The notes under the pieces are model-generated. The model did no database searches. It saw only the letters and a list, made by a program, of their open reading frames with translations, and was not told the origin of the DNA. A stretch of 10,496 nt of DNA from the NCBI GenBank assembly GCA_027452085.1, contig DAIDHG010000034.1, positions 1 through 10,496 of the forward strand, given 5' to 3'. Numbering within the stretch: the first letter of the stretch is position 1; every line of letters starts with the position of its first letter. This DNA is from a bacterium. Lineage in GTDB: Bacteria; Babelota; Babeliae; Babelales; JABCYS01. Shown piece by piece: positions 8,003 through 10,496 of the stretch. A program made the translations under genes and the position numbers.

Positions 8003-8070
8003 CCCAGACTACACTGAGTGAAAAATTTATCATAGAATGCTGCCAGACTATTTTTAAAAATTGGATATTC

Positions 8071-8601
8071 ATGGATCAGGGCTTCGTGCTCAAAAATTTT
8101 TATCCGCACAAGCAAAAATTATTGTTGCTTGATCGCGAGCATGGTGCAATTGAAGTAGTAATTCAAAAACAGCTCAACCCTAAAAAGTTTAGTATTGGAG
8201 CGTTACTCAATTATCATCTGGAAGAACGGCAACCACTTTCATGGGCGAATAATATTAATATTATTGATATGCCTTTTGCCTGGGCTCGCGAAGATATACT
8301 GTTTCTTCATCATCTTTTAGAAATCATTCAACATTTTGCCCCACTTGAGCAACCACAACCGCATCTGTATGCATTGCTGGCAGGACTCTATAGCAACCCC
8401 GTGCGTAGCTCGGCCATATTCAAAAAGCAACTTTTGGCCCAGCTCTTTCTCATGCTCGGATTACCATCTGTGGAAAGCCCAGCGCCACATACCCTATCAA
8501 CCGCCGAACTTGACATATGGTTAATTCGATGTGTGCAGGAACACCCCTATCATGAGCTATTCAAGACGGTTCATTTCCTGGCCCCCGATCAGCCTTCGTA
8601 A
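8071..8601 (+). CDS. recO: RecO-like DNA repair protein, short and divergent (176 aa)
   Basis: MDQGFVLKNFYPHKQKLLLLDREHGAIEVV resembles the RecO N-terminal OB fold (GIVL....GE.D.I..L.T.EHG.I). It is followed by a helical region with HLLEII...EQPQPHLYALL...LFLMLGL. ATG 8071 (GGA upstream) is preferred to 7990. Confidence 0.6.
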   Translation: MDQGFVLKNFYPHKQKLLLLDREHGAIEVVIQKQLNPKKFSIGALLNYHLEERQPLSWANNINIIDMPFAWAREDILFLHHLLEIIQHFAPLEQPQPHLYALLAGLYSNPVRSSAIFKKQLLAQLFLMLGLPSVESPAPHTLSTAELDIWLIRCVQEHPYHELFKTVHFLAPDQPS

Positions 8602-8651
8602 TATTTACCAAAATAGTGTATTTTGTTGTGCTACTAGAAAATTTACTTCAT

Positions 8652-8658
8652 GGAGGTG
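8652..8658 (+). promoter_or_regulatory. Strong Shine-Dalgarno site
   Basis: GGAGGTG lies just upstream of the ATG at 8662. Confidence 0.8.
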
Positions 8659-8661
8659 AAT

Positions 8662-10496
8662 ATGCTCATAGCTCGATTACTATTACTCCTCTCGCTCCTA
8701 TACACACATACCTATGCCGGTGGCATGCTGGATCCACTTGGTTGGTTTAAGTCACAAGTTGATCAAGGCCGCGGCTTATATGTAAGCTTTGGTGAGGACC
8801 AGCAAACACTTCTTGATCGTTTAAAGACAGAAAAGAGGGAGTTTGATAGTGCGCGCTCCAAAATCGATGATGTCATAAAATCACAGCTCGAAAAAGCGAG
8901 CCAGCAAATTGCCTTTATCAAAGATGGCCTTCGCGAACATGCTGACGACTTCTTACAACGTAGGCTTGCTCTATTTAATGAGCTCCAACAAACCCTTATA
9001 GATATGCAGCTTGCCCGCAAGAATATTGCTTTTACGCTGGACCAGCAGATCAAGCTCCTTGAAGAATATTTAAAAGATCCGTCATTTAAATCGCTCTCCA
9101 TGGATGCAAAATCTTTCTATTCATTTGATAACCTGCAACAAATCAGCCAAAAACTCGCCGATGAACAAGAAACTATTTCTCACATTGAGGAACAACGCGC
9201 TAATGTGGTTGCCGAACTTGAAAACCAGCAACGGCTACAAGATCAATTAGAGCGGGATCTCAAAAGCCGTGAACGCGAACTATCGTCACGCGAAGGAGCC
9301 ACACTTTTTGGCCCACTGGCTGGTATGAGCACAAGCCAACAGGCAGATCTTCTTGAAATGCATGTGCGTCTGTTGCATCAAAAAATCGAACTGATAAAAC
9401 AACAAATCCTTGAAAGCAAAAGAAAAATTGGGTTACTCGACACCAAAAGTGTGATTGAAAAAGCCAAGCGTAAGGTTTTTGAAGATCAGCGAGCCAGCAT
9501 TAAAGAAGGTTTGCGTGTTGCAGCGGCTGATGTCGAAACACAACGAGCGGCACTTGAAAAGAAAAGACGCCAGCATTTAGAACAAAAAGATCAGCTCTAT
9601 AATGAACGCAAAACGCTTGAAACAGAAAAAGAACAGCTCAAGGCACAGTTTGAAAAATATGCCAAAGAGCTCGGCATTTCGGTAAATGATGTCAGCGAAT
9701 TGGATAGCATCGCGCTTGAACCGACCACATGGGAGGGTTATTTCTCGCTCGCTTCGTTAATTAATACACAAGCAAAGTTACTTCATATCGATAAGCTTAT
9801 TGAAAATGTGAATGCCCAAATCCATCAAGCTGATGCTAAATTTGATCGTGAACAGATCGCGGTAAATATGGTTGAATCTTGGCATAAGCTTACCATGCAT
9901 CGCTTCCGATCTGAGGCGGAAGTTGAAGAAGAAATTTATAAATACCAAGAACCATTGCGTGCGGCTGATCGAGAAATTGCTGCATTATCCGAAAAGCGCA
10001 GCTTGGCCAACAACTATATCAATGTGCAAGCCAAAACAGTGGCCAGCATCAAGCAACGGATGCGCAAGGTTGAAGATCATCGCGCCCTATTTCGCGGCCA
10101 TGAGCAATATTATTTAGAAGCACTCAACCGCCTGCGCAACGCCGAGCGGCATGCAGAAGCACAAACAGAATTGAATCGCGCCATTATCGATACCTATTCC
10201 ACCATTATTCAACTGCGCAACAACCAAAAGCATCACATCCAAATTATATTAAATGAGTTGCAATCAATTGGGCTACGCCCAGCGCATGCCATTTCATGGT
10301 TTGGCGTACGCCATGTTATTACCGATCTACAAACCTTTGGCATTGAATTCTGGCGCATGGGTATCGAATATTTCAAACAGCTCCCAAGATCCATCATCAC
10401 CAAAGCTCGCGATCTGGGCTTTATTGGTTTCATTTGGCTGATATTTAAGCTGTTGGCCCTCTTTGCCCTGTATATCATTACACGAGGCTTGGTGCC
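8662..10496 (+). CDS. Large exported coiled-coil membrane protein, 3'-truncated by the window; possibly an MscK/KefA-like (MscS family) mechanosensitive channel
   Basis: Manually translated frame +1 has no stop from 8662 (alternative ATG 8650) to the window end, 611 codons. It begins with signal peptide MLIARLLLLLSLLYTHTYA, continues with long E/Q/K/L-rich helices (e.g. ELENQQRLQDQLERDLKSRERELSS), and has a first TM segment GFIGFIWLIFKLLALFALYII at 10417-10479. The CDS is well supported. The function is tentative because no MscS domain is visible in the window. Confidence 0.75.
   Translation, partial: MLIARLLLLLSLLYTHTYAGGMLDPLGWFKSQVDQGRGLYVSFGEDQQTLLDRLKTEKREFDSARSKIDDVIKSQLEKASQQIAFIKDGLREHADDFLQRRLALFNELQQTLIDMQLARKNIAFTLDQQIKLLEEYLKDPSFKSLSMDAKSFYSFDNLQQISQKLADEQETISHIEEQRANVVAELENQQRLQDQLERDLKSRERELSSREGATLFGPLAGMSTSQQADLLEMHVRLLHQKIELIKQQILESKRKIGLLDTKSVIEKAKRKVFEDQRASIKEGLRVAAADVETQRAALEKKRRQHLEQKDQLYNERKTLETEKEQLKAQFEKYAKELGISVNDVSELDSIALEPTTWEGYFSLASLINTQAKLLHIDKLIENVNAQIHQADAKFDREQIAVNMVESWHKLTMHRFRSEAEVEEEIYKYQEPLRAADREIAALSEKRSLANNYINVQAKTVASIKQRMRKVEDHRALFRGHEQYYLEALNRLRNAERHAEAQTELNRAIIDTYSTIIQLRNNQKHHIQIILNELQSIGLRPAHAISWFGVRHVITDLQTFGIEFWRMGIEYFKQLPRSIITKARDLGFIGFIWLIFKLLALFALYIITRGLV

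Noticed and set aside
7990..8070. N-terminal extension of the recO-like ORF from ATG 7990
   Set aside because: RecO resemblance starts at MDQGFVLK (8071), and the extension would cover the divergent promoter region.
8763..10478. Track ORFs 8763-9101(-), 9872-10117(+), 10233-10478(-), 10253-10441(+)
   Set aside because: All fall within the long frame +1 CDS starting at 8662, which has an SD, a signal peptide and coherent composition.
8662..10496. SMC/chromosome-segregation ATPase or phage tape-measure protein, given the long coiled coil
   Set aside because: There is no Walker A motif, the protein has a signal peptide, and there is no phage context.
1..10496. CRISPR arrays, IS/integrase genes, tRNA/rRNA, tandem repeats, defence or toxin systems
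   Set aside because: None were seen. The window is almost entirely coding, with gaps of only 47, 132 and 60 nt. Small structured RNAs cannot be fully excluded without a covariance-model search.

Overview
Gene-dense bacterial chromosomal housekeeping region. I saw no mobile element, CRISPR array, tRNA or rRNA. On the + strand is the 3' part of glucose-6-phosphate isomerase (pgi). It overlaps tail-to-tail with a tightly packed minus-strand cluster, transcribed in this order: ftsL-like, class B PBP (ftsI-like), class I (DhnA/archaeal-type) fructose-bisphosphate aldolase, a secreted probable outer-membrane beta-barrel protein, an animal-type single-chain transketolase, and a protein resembling only the C-terminal half of ComEC. 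Divergent from this cluster on + are a short, degenerate RecO-like gene and a long ORF missed by the ORF track (8662 to beyond the window end: signal peptide, about 560 aa of helical/coiled-coil sequence, then a first TM helix), possibly an MscK-like channel. The gene styles suggest a reduced, host-associated diderm such as Candidatus Dependentiae (TM6/Babeliae); this is an inference from recalled resemblance, not a database result. No clear-cut new system is evident. The best leads are the unknown beta-barrel inside a sugar-phosphate gene cluster, the split/degenerate ComEC, and the mixed cell-division/carbon-metabolism operon.
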